A model generated the notes under the pieces. It had not been told where the DNA came from and made no database searches. It saw nothing but the letters and a program-made list of their open reading frames with translations. The position numbers and the translations under genes were made by a program. A stretch of 63,185 nucleotides of DNA, filler included, from Octopus bimaculoides (taxonomy: Eukaryota), in the NCBI RefSeq assembly GCF_001194135.2. It is 5 parts of 5 records of this genome, joined end to end, with 100 filler letters (N's around TTAATTAATTAA, not from the genome) between each part and the next. Parts side by side here need not be neighbours in the genome. Positions count along the whole stretch, not along the records: positions 30,563 to 45,668 come from NC_068997.1; positions 45,769 to 55,971 come from NW_026347234.1; 3 more parts are not named here. The stretch is one strand, 5' to 3'. Positions 40,501 through 52,690 of the stretch are shown here, piece after piece (the stretch's first letter is position 1; each line of letters begins with the position of its first letter).

Positions 40501-43074
40501 TCGATCTACCCATTCGTTTCTGAGTCCTCCTAGTCTCGTTTTCCCTTTACCAATACCTTTTAACCGCCCTTACTATACTTGCATGGTATGCTATATTGAA
40601 GGAAGTAATCATTCTATCTGTGCTGTACCTGGTATTATGCAATAGCGATGACAATGAAACTTAACAGCTAGTAGCAGCCTGTACACCCTAGCCGGTTCTT
40701 TTTCCATCTCTACTAGTTATGTACTCCTTACACCAACACAGTTTTCTGAGCAACGCTTTGTTATATAGTAGATAGAACACACTATCCAAACCTCTTACTC
40801 GCGACTATTGTCTCGAGTTGCTTCACCTGCTTCACACAATGGTGATTATACCATCCAATTTTGGTATCATCGCCACCCGTTTAACATTCCATATTGTTAA
40901 TTATTAGACTACTCCCTACTACCGGCTTCACGGCATATCCGATCTGCTACTTTCTTTAACTCCGTACTAGATGTAGTTCATTATATAACCTCACCCTTCT
41001 TTAAACTCCTTATTGACAGGCAACACTCTACTATAACATCAATTCCATAAAGTTAAATCTTATATTTGATGGCCTTCGTACTCCACCCTACTTTCAACCA
41101 ATATCCACTGAATACCCCCAAGTTTCTGCGAACCCCTGCACCCTCCCCTGGTCATTTACCATTAGCTAGAGATTCCTACGCCCCGACCTATACTTGATTG
41201 GCTTGTATGCTTTTAGTTTTTTTTTTTTTTAAATTCCTTATCCCTTACGTTTGATTTATTTATCATTTCTTTTTTCCCTTATCCTTAATTATTTTATGAC
41301 CTCTCTTTACTTCCTACCGCTCTAAGCCTACTATAATAAATTATCTCCTACACTCCACTCCATTCTACCTATGATGTAGCCTAACAGATTCCTCCTCGCC
41401 CGAGTCACTGATCTTATCATATACTTTCATGAACTATATTCTTAACCTAAAAGGCCAATATAGTTGGTCATTCTCCCATTTCGTAGTTGGCCTCGACAGA
41501 CTCTAGCCCCGTCCCTGCTGTATTCTTGGGATATTCTTTTGTTTTGTAAAGTTATTTATCTTTTACAATGCAGTAATGTTCTCATTCTTCTATTAAAAAG
41601 AAACGCAAGAAACAACTGTAATGGGCTGACAATAATCCATCGCGTGTTATCAGTCATTTGATTTATAATACACCAAGAGAATTTACGACTTGTCGGACAC
41701 CCTAGTATATACCAACAACGTACTATTCAAAGCAACGCGTGATTTGGACCAGCCCCTTAGACGCTAAATACTCATTTGTTTGGTTTTCTCTGTGTATACA
41801 ACCGAAATATCCTATCTGATAATTCGACTATCACCAACCACTGGCCGGAACCGCAGACATTACCTAGTCCTACCTGGTGGCATACATTTTCAAGTATCTG
41901 ATTTTACTTGGATCTTCATCTTACTATATATGTATCTATATACATATACATAATTGTATTATGTTATGACTATTGACCTACTTTTCAAAGCATTTCATTG
42001 CAGGTTAAAATGTCAGCTCTGCTACAATTAGCATATCGCCTCATATATATTCACAGACATTAAACGTGTTCTGCAGATGACTGTGTGGATTGCTTTAAGG
42101 AAGCCATGACCGTAGATAAATACGGTGTCAGAGAAATAATGTAATAAAAAATGCAATATATTTAAAAGAAGATGATAAAATATTAAAATAAAAAAGTAAA
42201 GTAAGAAAAACAGTTTCAACATTTTGCATTTCAAAAATGATTTACTTCCAAATTAAAATTAAAAAAAGGTTAAACATTTCGTAGGTTTTTAATTAAACAA
42301 ACTAAAAATGAGTATATTCGTAAATAAACAAAGAAAATGAAAAGTATGGCGAAAAAAAAAAAAAGGTAAAAAGAAATAAAAATTAGAAATCGAAAGTAAA
42401 GGGCTAGTTTGTTAAGTACAAACTATTAGTTTCAGCAGAAGTATTTAGAAACTTTGAAAGGAAACTGGTTTAATCTGTTGGAATTTCACGTACGGCTGAT
42501 TTTGAAATGACAGAAAAGTTACTCTAAGAACATTGATAAGGGCACCTACATACACACTTATACACTTCATATGAATAGTGTACAGTGTCTCCTCTTATAC
42601 GAGCAAATGACATTAACAAACAGATTAGATTAGTGGTGATATTCTTTCGATTATTAGAGTTTGAAAGGAAAAATAAGTTTTAAATGCAAATTGAAGAAAG
42701 CAGGTTTTTAGTCAGGGTAAAAAAAATTGACTTGCTTAACTTTACAAGTGTTCGGAAATATAGGGGTGGAGCTGAGTGCGTGGGTGTGAATTTGCTTCTC
42801 AGAAATCTTAAGGTTAGAAGACATGAATTATTTGAAAGAGTTTGTGTCGCCGGCAGATAGAGAAGCAGGAAATTTATGTTCACGTGTATAAAGTACTATT
42901 TTGACATTAGTTATGGAGTTGGGATCAGATGGTAACTATAACTGAAGGAGTAATAAGACACACAGGGCGGTGTCAGTAGATGTTGTAATACACTAGTGCT
43001 AGCGGATATTAATGAGCTTGTAGGTAAGTTAGAAATGAAGTTCTATATTTAAGAGATGACGAATTATATACATT

Positions 43075-43242
43075 ATTCACATTATTTACATTATTTACAT
43101 TTGACGGATTTTTGTCCTCACCTTGTTTGTTGTTAACAACATTTCGGCTGATATACTCTCCAGCCGTCATCAGGTGTCTTGGGGAAGTTTCGAACCTGGG
43201 TTCTCATTCCTAAGGTATTTTTCAATGTTGTTGTTGTTATTA

Positions 43243-43280
<38 letters not shown>

Positions 43281-43358
43281 ATTCAGGACACTGCCTGGAA
43301 TCGAACTCGGAACCATGGGGTTAGTAGCCCGCGCTCTTAACCACTACGCCATATTCCC
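43075..43358 (-). mobile_element. tRNA-headed SINE-like element (family D) with hammerhead-bearing tail
   Basis: A box TGGCGTAGTGG, B box GTTCGATTCC, (TAA)n spacer, then acac-CTGATGA-c-ggctg..cagcc-GAAA, then (TGTAAATAA) tail. Confidence 0.8.
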
Positions 43359-44400
43359 GTGTATGTATNNNNNNNNNNNNNNNNNNNNNNNNNNNNNNNN
43401 NNNNNNNNNNNNNNNNNNNNNNNNNNNNNNNNNNNNNNNNNNNNNNNNNNNNNNNNNNNNNNNNNNNNNNNNNNNNNNNNNNNNNNNNNNNNNNNNNNNN
43501 NNNNNNNNNNNNNNNNNNNNNNNNNNNNNNNNNNNNNNNNNNNNNNNNNNNNNNNNNNNNNNNNNNNNNNNNNNNNNNNNNNNNNNNNNNNNNNNNNNNN
43601 NNNNNNNNNNNNNNNNNNNNNNNNNNNNNNNNNNNNNNNNNNNNNNNNNNNNNNNNNNNNNNNNNNNNNNNNNNNNNNNNNNNNNNNNNNNNNNNNNNNN
43701 NNNNNNNNNNNNNNNNNNNNNNNNNNNNNNNNNNNNNNNNNNNNNNNNNNNNNNNNNNNNNNNNNNNNNNNNNNNNNNNNNNNNNNNNNNNNNNNNNNNN
43801 NNNNNNNNNNNNNNNNNNNNNNNNNNNNNNNNNNNNNNNNNNNNNNNNNNNNNNNNNNNNNNNNNNNNNNNNNNNNNNNNNNNNNNNNNNNNNNNNNNNN
43901 NNNNNNNNNNNNNNNNNNNNNNNNNNNNNNNNNNNNNNNNNNNNNNNNNNNNNNNNNNNNNNNNNNNNNNNNNNNNNNNNNNNNNNNNNNNNNNNNNNNN
44001 NNNNNNNNNNNNNNNNNNNNNNNNNNNNNNNNNNNNNNNNNNNNNNNNNNNNNNNNNNNNNNNNNNNNNNNNNNNNNNNNNNNNNNNNNNNNNNNNNNNN
44101 NNNNNNNNNNNNNNNNNNNNNNNNNNNNNNNNNNNNNNNNNNNNNNNNNNNNNNNNNNNNNNNNNNNNNNNNNNNNNNNNNNNNNNNNNNNNNNNNNNNN
44201 NNNNNNNNNNNNNNNNNNNNNNNNNNNNNNNNNNNNNNNNNNNNNNNNNNNNNNNNNNNNNNNNNNNNNNNNNNNNNNNNNNNNNNNNNNNNNNNNNNNN
44301 NNNNNNNNNNNNNNNNNNNNNNNNNNNNNNNNNNNNNNNNNNNNNNNNNNNNNNNNNNNNATATATATACATGCACGCACATACCTGTATATATGCCCGT

Positions 44401-44415
44401 GGGCATATGGCGTAG

Positions 44416-44480
<65 letters not shown>

Positions 44481-44640
44481 TTAAAAAATACCTTAGGGAT
44501 GAGAACCCAGGTTCGAAATTTCCTCAAGACACCTGATGACGGCTGGAGGGTATGTTAGCTGAAACATTGTGTTAACAACAAACAAGATAAGGACAAATAT
44601 CTGTCAAATGTAAATAATGTAAATAATGTAAATAATGTTA
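44401..44640 (+). mobile_element. Family D copy with B box deleted, inverted relative to 43075-43358
   Basis: gggcatatggcgtagtgg, (TAA)n, HHR core CTGATGA at 44533 and GAAA at 44561. Confidence 0.8.
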
Positions 44641-44689
44641 GAAATTCAGGTTGGAAAATTATATGTGTTTGCAGTGGAGGAAGTGAAAC

Positions 44690-44885
44690 AACATAGTAGT
44701 TAATGGGGGAGGCTTGCATTTACGATCGTCAGGTCGTGGTTTCGACTCCCGGAACGGACGGTGCGCTGCGTTCTTCAACAAAAACTTCATTTCACCTCGC
44801 TCCAGTTCACTCAGTAAATGAGTAACGCTGCGATGGGTAAGTGTCACATTCAGGTAGAATGTTGCGATCTAGTCGCATCCGTCTA
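44690..44885 (+). mobile_element. Degenerate SINE family C
   Basis: ggtttcgactcccgg B box; atttcacctcgctccagttcactcag. Confidence 0.6.
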
Positions 44886-45668
44886 GAAATGCAAGGAACT
44901 GGCCTGATAAATCCTAAGGTTTTGGACATAACTATATATACAAAGATGAGGACGAAGATAGAAACATACATTGAGTGTTGTGTATTCCAAATGTACCTAA
45001 TCACAAAATAGATTTCTTGTTGGGTGAGCGTCAATAAACAAGCAACTATTTTAGTTAAGCAAGTGTTGACTGTGAGTTAATGTCTGCATTCTAAAAAGAG
45101 TTTAGGTATGCAAGTATATTTTAGCGTATTAGATACGGCAGGGAGTTAAGGTATATATGTTTATTTTGTGCTTCTTAAAGTTCGAGTTTCTCAAATTTGA
45201 AACTGTTACATTGATCCGTGTTATGCATGTTTATGATATTTCCAGGAACGGAAACGAATTGGGAAGATTCTAGAATGAAATCAATTCATCTCATTTGTAT
45301 TGACTATGATACCGAGAAAAGCATGAATCTAACAACATAAAAATTAAGCCAGTTCCACAGTCTTCTAAGTAAATTGTCTTATATTTAAATTAATTAATTC
45401 TTTCTTTGTATTCGCATTGACCATTATTTCTCCCAAAGAACAGTGAATAATAATGTTTGTTATATGAGGGTTTAATCAATTCCAATTCTGGGCTACATGC
45501 AATAGAGAATAAATTGGAAACTCGCTAACGTAAGGGATTATAGATGGAAATAATAATATATTTGGTATTTTGTCGCATTTGGTATTTTGTGACATGCAAG
45601 AAAATGAGTAAAACTTAGTCGCGGGTGCAGAGACAGGGAATTCGGCTTTTACCTATATATATATATAT

Positions 45669-45768
45669 NNNNNNNNNNNNNNNNNNNNNNNNNNNNNNNN
45701 NNNNNNNNNNNNTTAATTAATTAANNNNNNNNNNNNNNNNNNNNNNNNNNNNNNNNNNNNNNNNNNNN
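45669..45768. other. Artificial assembly join (N44-TTAATTAATTAA-N44)
   Basis: Same structure as 30463-30562. Confidence 0.95.
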
Positions 45769-46470
45769 TATATATATCCATATATGGCATACCCTCGCAC
45801 TCCCACTGCCTCGCTCCATCAACCATTGTCCTCTCCACCGCCATCAACAGCAAGACCATCAAAAACCCCGCCATTTCTGACCCTCCGACTCCTTAATAAA
45901 CGAATGAACCAGCATCAGGTCCTGATGACTTCAATAGGGTTCATGTTGGTGGAAATCCTAAGGCTACATCAGAAAGGGATGAAAGGGCCATTGTCAGAGC
46001 TGTGAAGAAGTTACGCTGCTCTTCTGTTTCCCTAAATCAAGGGTTCAGCTGGAGAAGAAGCCTCGACATCCACCGTAAGAAGAGTGATTTTGAGCCATGG
46101 TTTCCACCTGAAGAAGTAGGTAGGGGGATTCGTTATTGTCCCCTTCCTACAAAGCTGTTAGATTGGAGTTTGCTCAGCAACGTCAGACCCGGGATAGTGA
46201 ATGGACCAGGGTTCCGTTCTCTCATGAGAAAAAATGGAATTTGGACGGGACCGAGGGTTATAAGTATCACTGGACAGATTAAATGTATACAGAATTCTAC
46301 TTATTGCAAATGACAGAACAGCAGAGGAAGTCTTATCGTGCGAGGACAAATACCGGCCAATGGGAAACTGCCACTTGTCATCATAAATTACCGTTTCCAT
46401 GCTTCAATATACATCGATATGTTGGACGGAGCTCATCTTGGCGAACAAGGAAGAAGCTTCCATGGCGCGA

Positions 46471-46860
46471 CTCTCTTTTACTCTTTTACTTGTTTCAGTC
46501 ATTTGACTGCGTCCATGCTGGAGCATCGCCTTTAGACGAGAAAGTCAACCCCAGGACTTATTCTTTGTAAGCCTAGCTCTTGTTCTATCGGTCTCTTTTT
46601 GCCGAACCGCTAAGTTAATGGGGACGTAAACACACCAGTATCGGTTGTCAAGCGATGGTGGGGGGACAAACATAGACACATACATATATATATATATATG
46701 CTTATATACGACGGGCTTCTTTCAGTTTCCGTCTACCAAATCCACTCACAAGGCTTTGGTAGGCCCGAGGCTATAGTAGAAGACACTTGCCCAAGTGGGA
46801 CTGAACCCGGAACCATGTGGTTAGGAAACAAGCTACTTACCACACAGCCACTCCTGCGCC
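46471..46860 (-). mobile_element. SINE family A, full length
   Basis: Complete head-to-tail copy in reverse with (TTTTACTC) tail. Confidence 0.9.
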
Positions 46861-47123
46861 TATTATATTGACCTTTATATTTCAAAGGGAAAATGCTCCT
46901 ATTCAAGCGAAAGCAATTTCGGATTTCGTCCATGCAACTGGGATTGAAGTCATGCCATGACCACCAAGAAGTCCCGACCGTAATCCTATAGAAAATGCCT
47001 GGGGATATCTCACGAATATTGTGTACAGCGAAGGCAAGCAGCATTCATCTGTTGATCAACTTGAAACCGCAATGAAAAAGGCCGGGAGAAAGCTTCCATT
47101 TGATCTGCTGCAGACGTTCACTG

Positions 47124-47510
47124 TTGTTGTTGGCACTCCGTCGCTTACGACGTCGAGGGTTCCAGTTGATCCGATCAACGGAACAGCCTGCTCGTGAAAT
47201 TAACGTGCAAGTGGCTGAGCACTCCACAGACACGTGAACCCTTAACGTAGTTCTCGGGGATATTCAGCGTGACACAGTGTGACAAGGCTGACCCTTTGAA
47301 AATACAGGCACAACAGAAACAGGAAGTAAGAGTGAGAGAAAGTTGTGGTGGAAGAGTACAGCAGGGTTCACCACCATCCCCTGCCGGAGCCTCGTGGGGC
47401 TTTTAGGTGTTTTCGCTCAATAAACATTCACAACGCCCGGTCTGGGAATCGAAACCGCGATCCTATGACCGCGAATCCGCTGGCCTAACCACTGGGCCAT
47501 TGCGCCTCCA
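47124..47510 (-). mobile_element. SINE family C, full length with tRNA head and (CAA) tail
   Basis: Reverse: ggcgcaatggcccagtggttagg...ggtttcgattcccag...ccgttgatcggatcaactggaacc. Confidence 0.85.
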
Positions 47511-47705
47511 TGCAGACGTTGACACGCATGAAATCGTGTGTCTCTGAAGTAATTCAGAAAGGCGGTGTTCAAACCCACCATTGTTGATGTACAGCATGAG
47601 ACTATCATTGAAATATATCTGAATTTCTCTGTTTTGCATCAGTTTTTTGTAACATTATTCAACCTGACATAGCGGCAAGTTGGCAAGAAACGTTAGCACG
47701 AGGTT

Positions 47706-47803
47706 GTAGTAGAAGGCACTTGCCCGAGGTGCCACACAGTGAGATTGAACTCGGAACCATGTGGCTGGGAAGCTAGCTTCTTACCACACAGTCACTCCTG
47801 CAC
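47706..47803 (-). mobile_element. SINE family A head
   Basis: cacttgcccgaggtgccacacagtg...ttaccacacagtcactcctgc. Confidence 0.8.
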
Positions 47804-48051
47804 TTATATATATAGTTTATACACATATATATATACATATAGTTATGTATGTATGTATGTATGTATGTATGTATGTGCAAAACAAAACCCCCAAACGAAC
47901 TCTACGTAGTGCATCAAGAATATCCGTGCAAACGAAATTATTAATAATCCAAGGGAGATAAACTCTGCAAATTATTCCATAAAAAGAGTTATGTCCCTGG
48001 CTGATAAAACCTCATAACTTCATATTAAGTGTTTAAATAATCAAAAGTGAA

Positions 48052-48340
48052 GGCGCGTGGCTTAGTGGTTAGGGGCATCCGGCTCACGAACGTAAGGTCG
48101 TGAGTTCGATTCCCGGTGACACGTTGTGTCCTTGAGCAAGACACTTTATTTCACGTTGCTCCAGTCCACTCAGCCGGCAAAATCATGAGTTGTACCTGTA
48201 TTTCTAAGTTCTCTGAGAACTACATTAAGGGAGACACGTGTCTGTGGAGTGGTCAGCCACTTGCACGTTAATTTCAAGAGAAAGCTGTTCCGTTGATCGG
48301 ATCAACTGGGACACTCGTCGTCGTAACCGACGCAGTGCTC
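48052..48340 (+). mobile_element. SINE family C
   Basis: ggcgcgtggcttagtggttagg...gagttcgattcccgg...gtccttgagcaagacac. Confidence 0.85.
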
Positions 48341-48574
48341 CTATATAATCAAAATGAATGTCATTTCTTCTTCAGAACGAGGCAAGTCGTCTGCAGCACA
48401 AACTGTGTAGCAATGTCGTACGTATGCATACGTACATATCTACACATACCTTCTTTTCGTCTTTGGTTGCGTTGCTTTCACGTATTCCCATGACTTACTA
48501 TCGATATCCAATTCCATTTTTATGAATTTCAATTGGGAGATCGAGTCATAGGAATCTTTTCATTAAGTGAACAT

Positions 48575-49680
48575 TTTCATTGCACAACCATGGACACCAC
48601 TCCTCTGGATGCGTTGCAGTTACTCTCTTAATAGAGCTTGGTGATCTTTACTGTTGATCTTCTAGGTTTTCTCTGCTCAGCATCAATGTAAGAAGCACTG
48701 TTGGCTCTGTTGAGCTCTTCCGATACCTCTTCACACTCCGCCGTGCTGCAGTCTCATGACATTGCTGGATAACGGATGCTATGGCTTGCCAAAAGGCAGC
48801 CGTAACCATGCAGGCCACGGCCAGCACTCTGTGCGCTTTCACTCGCTGGTTACATCATCATGAACATCGATTCTATGGACATTTTGTAGCTACTGTCTTC
48901 GTAGAGGTTGGTGAGCCTGATCTAAGAAACACCAGCTGAGCTCTTCCGATACCTCTTCACACTCCGCCACACTGCAGTTCAATCAGCTCACCGTATCCCT
49001 GGCAGGGTGGCTGAGTGGGTACTAGCCTTGCTACAGAGTATTCTGTATCTATGTAGGGCACAATGTGGTCACTCAGTGAGCTTTCATTTCCTGATTACAC
49101 AACGATGGACGCTAACCCTCCGGATGCATTGCAGTTACCCGTTTCATAGAGCTTGGTGATACTGACCGTTGATCTAAGATTCCACCACTCAGCATCAATG
49201 TAAAAAGCACCATTGACTCAGCTGAGATTTTCAGTTATCTCTCCACTCACCGTCACGCTTCAGTTCCATGACTTCTTCGTATCCCTGGCAGGGTGTCTGA
49301 ACCGGTGCTACTATGAACGTCACCCTTATGGATATGGGTATGCTGAACATGGTGATCTTGACCGCTGATATTCTAGGATTCCTCGGCTCAGGATGAATAT
49401 AAGATGCAGCACTGGCTCAGTTGAGCTCTCCCACTACCTGTTCGCTCTTCGCCGTGCTGCACTCCCATAACTTCGCTGTATTCCTGAGAGGGTGGTTGAA
49501 CGTGTGATGTTCCTTGCCAAAAGGCAGCCCGTAACAATGGAAGGCGCGATTGTCACTCTGTGAGCTTTCATCAGTTAATTACGCAACAATGGATGTGCTG
49601 CAGTTACCCAGTTGATAGGGCTTGGAGATCCTGACAATTGGTATAGGATTCCTCCACTCGGCATCAATGTAAAACGGACC
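48575..49680. repeat. Diverged tandem array, about 4.5 units of 200-290 bp
   Basis: Anchors gcatcaatgtaa at 48680, 49192 and 49661; gcagttac at 48616, 49131 and 49600; ttgccaaaaggcagccgtaac twice. Confidence 0.85.
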
Positions 49681-50463
49681 ACATACATACATACATACAT
49701 ACAAAAATACCTTGTTGTTGATGTTGAAATTCCAATGAAGGAGCCTTGGATCTAGGTTCGAAACCGGTTCTTTCTCTATTGGCAAGAAATCTCGAAATAA
49801 ACTGAACAAATACATACATACAAGCATACAAATATACATACATGCATACATACATAGATACATACATACATACATACATACATGCATACATACATAAATA
49901 CATGCATACGCATATACATACACACATACATACATATATACATACGTACATACATATATACGTATATACATACACATAGTAACAAAGGAATGTGATCACA
50001 CACATATATACACATACATACATGCATACACACACAAATGCAGACATNNNNNNNNNNNNNNNNNNNNNNNNNNNNNNNNNNNNNNNNNNNNNNNNNNNNN
50101 NNNNNNNNNNNNNNNNNNNNNNNNNNNNNNNNNNNNNNNNNNNNNNNNNNNNNNNNNNNNNNNNNNNNNNNNNNNNNNNNNNNNNNNNNNNNNNNNNNNN
50201 NNNNNNNNNNNNNNNNNNNNNNNNNNNNNNNNNNNNNNNNNNNNNNNNNNNNNNNNNNNNNNNNNNNNNNNNNNNNNNNNNNNNNNNNNNNNNNNNNNNN
50301 NNNNNNNNNNNNNNNNNNNNNNNNNNNNNNNNNACAAAAGACACACCCACACACAAACACACACACACTCATATATATACTCACACACGTACAATCACAT
50401 ACACGCAGATATATGTGTGTGTGTGTGTGTGAGCGCACGCGAGAGTGTGTGTATGTGTGTGTG

Positions 50464-50497
<34 letters not shown>

Positions 50498-50589
50498 CAT
50501 GTACATATGTGTGTATGTATGTACGTACGTACGTACGTATGTATGTATGTATGTATGTATGTATGTACGTATGTACGTATGTATGTATG

Positions 50590-51570
50590 TATGATATCCT
50601 GAGACCATGGATGATATCCTGAGACCATGGATAACATCCTGAGACCGTGGATAATATCCAGCCATCTTATTCTTGGAGTACCTCTGGATCTCCCGCCCGT
50701 TGCCTCGGCTTGAAGAATCTGCTTTGCGATTCTTTCCTGCGACATTCTGATGATACCTAATGATATGTCTGTAGAACCAGAGTTGTGGTCTTTCAGCACA
50801 AAAAATTTGCGATTCGTCCTTAACAGACTCCCCAAGATTATGGATATCATCCAAACATCTCATTCTTGGTCAACCCACTAAGCCTTGAAATTCTTCCCAG
50901 GAATATTCTAATCACAGGTCCATTGTACTGGAGCTGTGACTCCACAATGCGGATAGTACGCATGCATGCACTCACCCACCCGTGCACGAATTCAGCCTCC
51001 CATCCATTCATCCATTCGCTCATCCATGAATATATATAATTCTCTATTTTATCCTCCAGCAATTCCTGGAAGAGTTGTGCGTGAAATGTCCTCAGGCACC
51101 ACCCGCATAGTGTCCTGTCAGTAGCAACCATCATTACATTTTCTCCGGGACTTCCAAGCGTGCCCAACTAAGACTATAAATATTGTCCAACCATCTTCTT
51201 CTTGGTCTACCCCTGGGCCTCCTGCCACTTGACTCGACTACAAGAATCCGTTTGCGATTCTTTCCTGTAGAATTTTAATCCCATGTCTCTAATACTGGAT
51301 CCTATCTCCTCACAATACAGAGAAGGAGCGGCTCGACTTGAACAGACAGACTCCTTGGGACTATGGATATTAGACAGAATCCCTGGGATTATGGGTATTA
51401 TCCAGCCATCTCTTTCTTGGCTCACATCTGGGCCGTCTCTCGCTTCATGCAGCTCGATCTTTTTCTGTAACACTCTTATCACATGTTCGTAGTATCGGAA
51501 CTCTGACCTGTAAATGCGGACAAGTTGCAGTTCGTTCGTGAAAGACTTCCCGATGTTCGAGCTACACAAT
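50590..51570 (-). mobile_element. Two tandem 3' fragments of an RTE-like LINE, ending in three 20-bp repeats
   Basis: LWFYRHIIR...AKQILQAEATGGRSRGTPRIRWLDII; (atgatatcctgagaccatgg) x3 at 50590-50650. Confidence 0.7.
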
Positions 51571-51579
51571 TTATCAAAT

Positions 51580-51772
51580 AAAGCTTAGCGGTATTTCGTT
51601 TGCCGCTACGTTCTGAGTTCAAATTCTGCCGAGGTCGACTTTGCCTTTCATCCTTTCTGGGTCGATTAAATAAGTATCAGTTACGTACTGGGGTCGATAT
51701 AATCGACTTAATCCGTTTGTCTGTCCCTGTTTGTCCCCTCTGTGTGTAGCCCCTTGTAGGTAGTAAAGAAAT
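51580..51772 (+). mobile_element. SINE family B (5' truncated)
   Basis: gcttagcggtatttcg...gaggtcgactttgcctttcatcc...ggggtcgatataatcgac. Confidence 0.85.
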
Positions 51773-52469
51773 AACACTTTATCAAATAACGTTACATGTT
51801 ACATCAGAGATCGTTCGGTGGCGGAACCCGTTTCGGCTTCTTGGATTCCCGATCGTAACTTTTCGGTCATTNNNNNNNNNNNNNNNNNNNNNNNNNNNNN
51901 NNNNNNNNNNNNNNNNNNNNNNNNNNNNNNNNNNNNNNNNNNNNNNNNNNNNNNNNNNNNNNNNNNNNNNNNNNNNNNNNNNNNNNNNNNNNNNNNNNNN
52001 NNNNNNNNNNNNNNNNNNNNNNNNNNNNNNNNNNNNNNNNNNNNNNNNNNNNNNNNNNNNNNNNNNNNNNNNNNNNNNNNNNNNNNNNNNNNNNNNNNNN
52101 NNNNNNNNNNNNNNNNNNNNNNNNNNNNNNNNNNNNNNNNNNNNNNNNNNNNNNNNNNNNNNNNNNNNNNNNNNNNNNNNNNNNNNNNNNNNNNNNNNNN
52201 NNNNNNNNNNNNNNNNNNNNNNNNNNNNNNNNNNNNNNNNNNNNNNNNNNNNNNNNNNNNNNNNNNNNNNNNNNNNNNNNNNNNNNNNNNNNNNNNNNNN
52301 NNNNNNNNNNNNNNNNNNNNNNNNNNNNNNNNNNNNNNNNNNNNNNNNNNNNNNNNNNNNNNNNNNNNNNNNNNNNNNNNNNNNNNNNNNNNNNNNNNNN
52401 NNNNNNNNNNNNNNNNNNNNNNNNNNNNNNNNNNNNNNNNNNNNNNNNTATATATATATATATATTCAA

Positions 52470-52690
52470 TGTATATTTATGTGTCTGTCTCTGTTCCTCT
52501 GCCACCATCGCTTGACAACCGATGTTGGTGTGTTTACGCCCCCGTAACTTTGCGGTTCATCAAATGTGACCGATAGTATAAGTACTAAGCTTACAAAGAA
52601 AAAGTTCTGAGGTCGATTTGTTCGACGAAAGGCGGTGCTCCAGCATGGCCGCAGTCAAATGACTGAAACGAGCAAAAGAATAAAAGAATA
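52470..52690 (+). mobile_element. SINE family A 3' half
   Basis: ccatcgcttgacaaccgatg...ggcggtgctccagcatggccgcagtcaaatgactgaa; taaaaga tail. Confidence 0.85.

Larger units (their letters stand above)
45770..47660 (+). mobile_element. Tc1/Tc3-like DD34E transposon, dead, with two SINE insertions
   Basis: GNPKATSERDERAIVR; EWTRVPFSHEKKWNLDGTEGYKYHW; FQRENAPI...PPRSPDRNPIENAWGYL..VYSEGKQ; MKSCVSEVIQKGG. Confidence 0.85.

Noticed and set aside
42560-43070. Possible GIY-YIG remnant
   Set aside because: Motifs are too decayed to support
43285-43358. Functional tRNA gene
   Set aside because: No complete acceptor stem; fused to a repeat tail, so it is a SINE head
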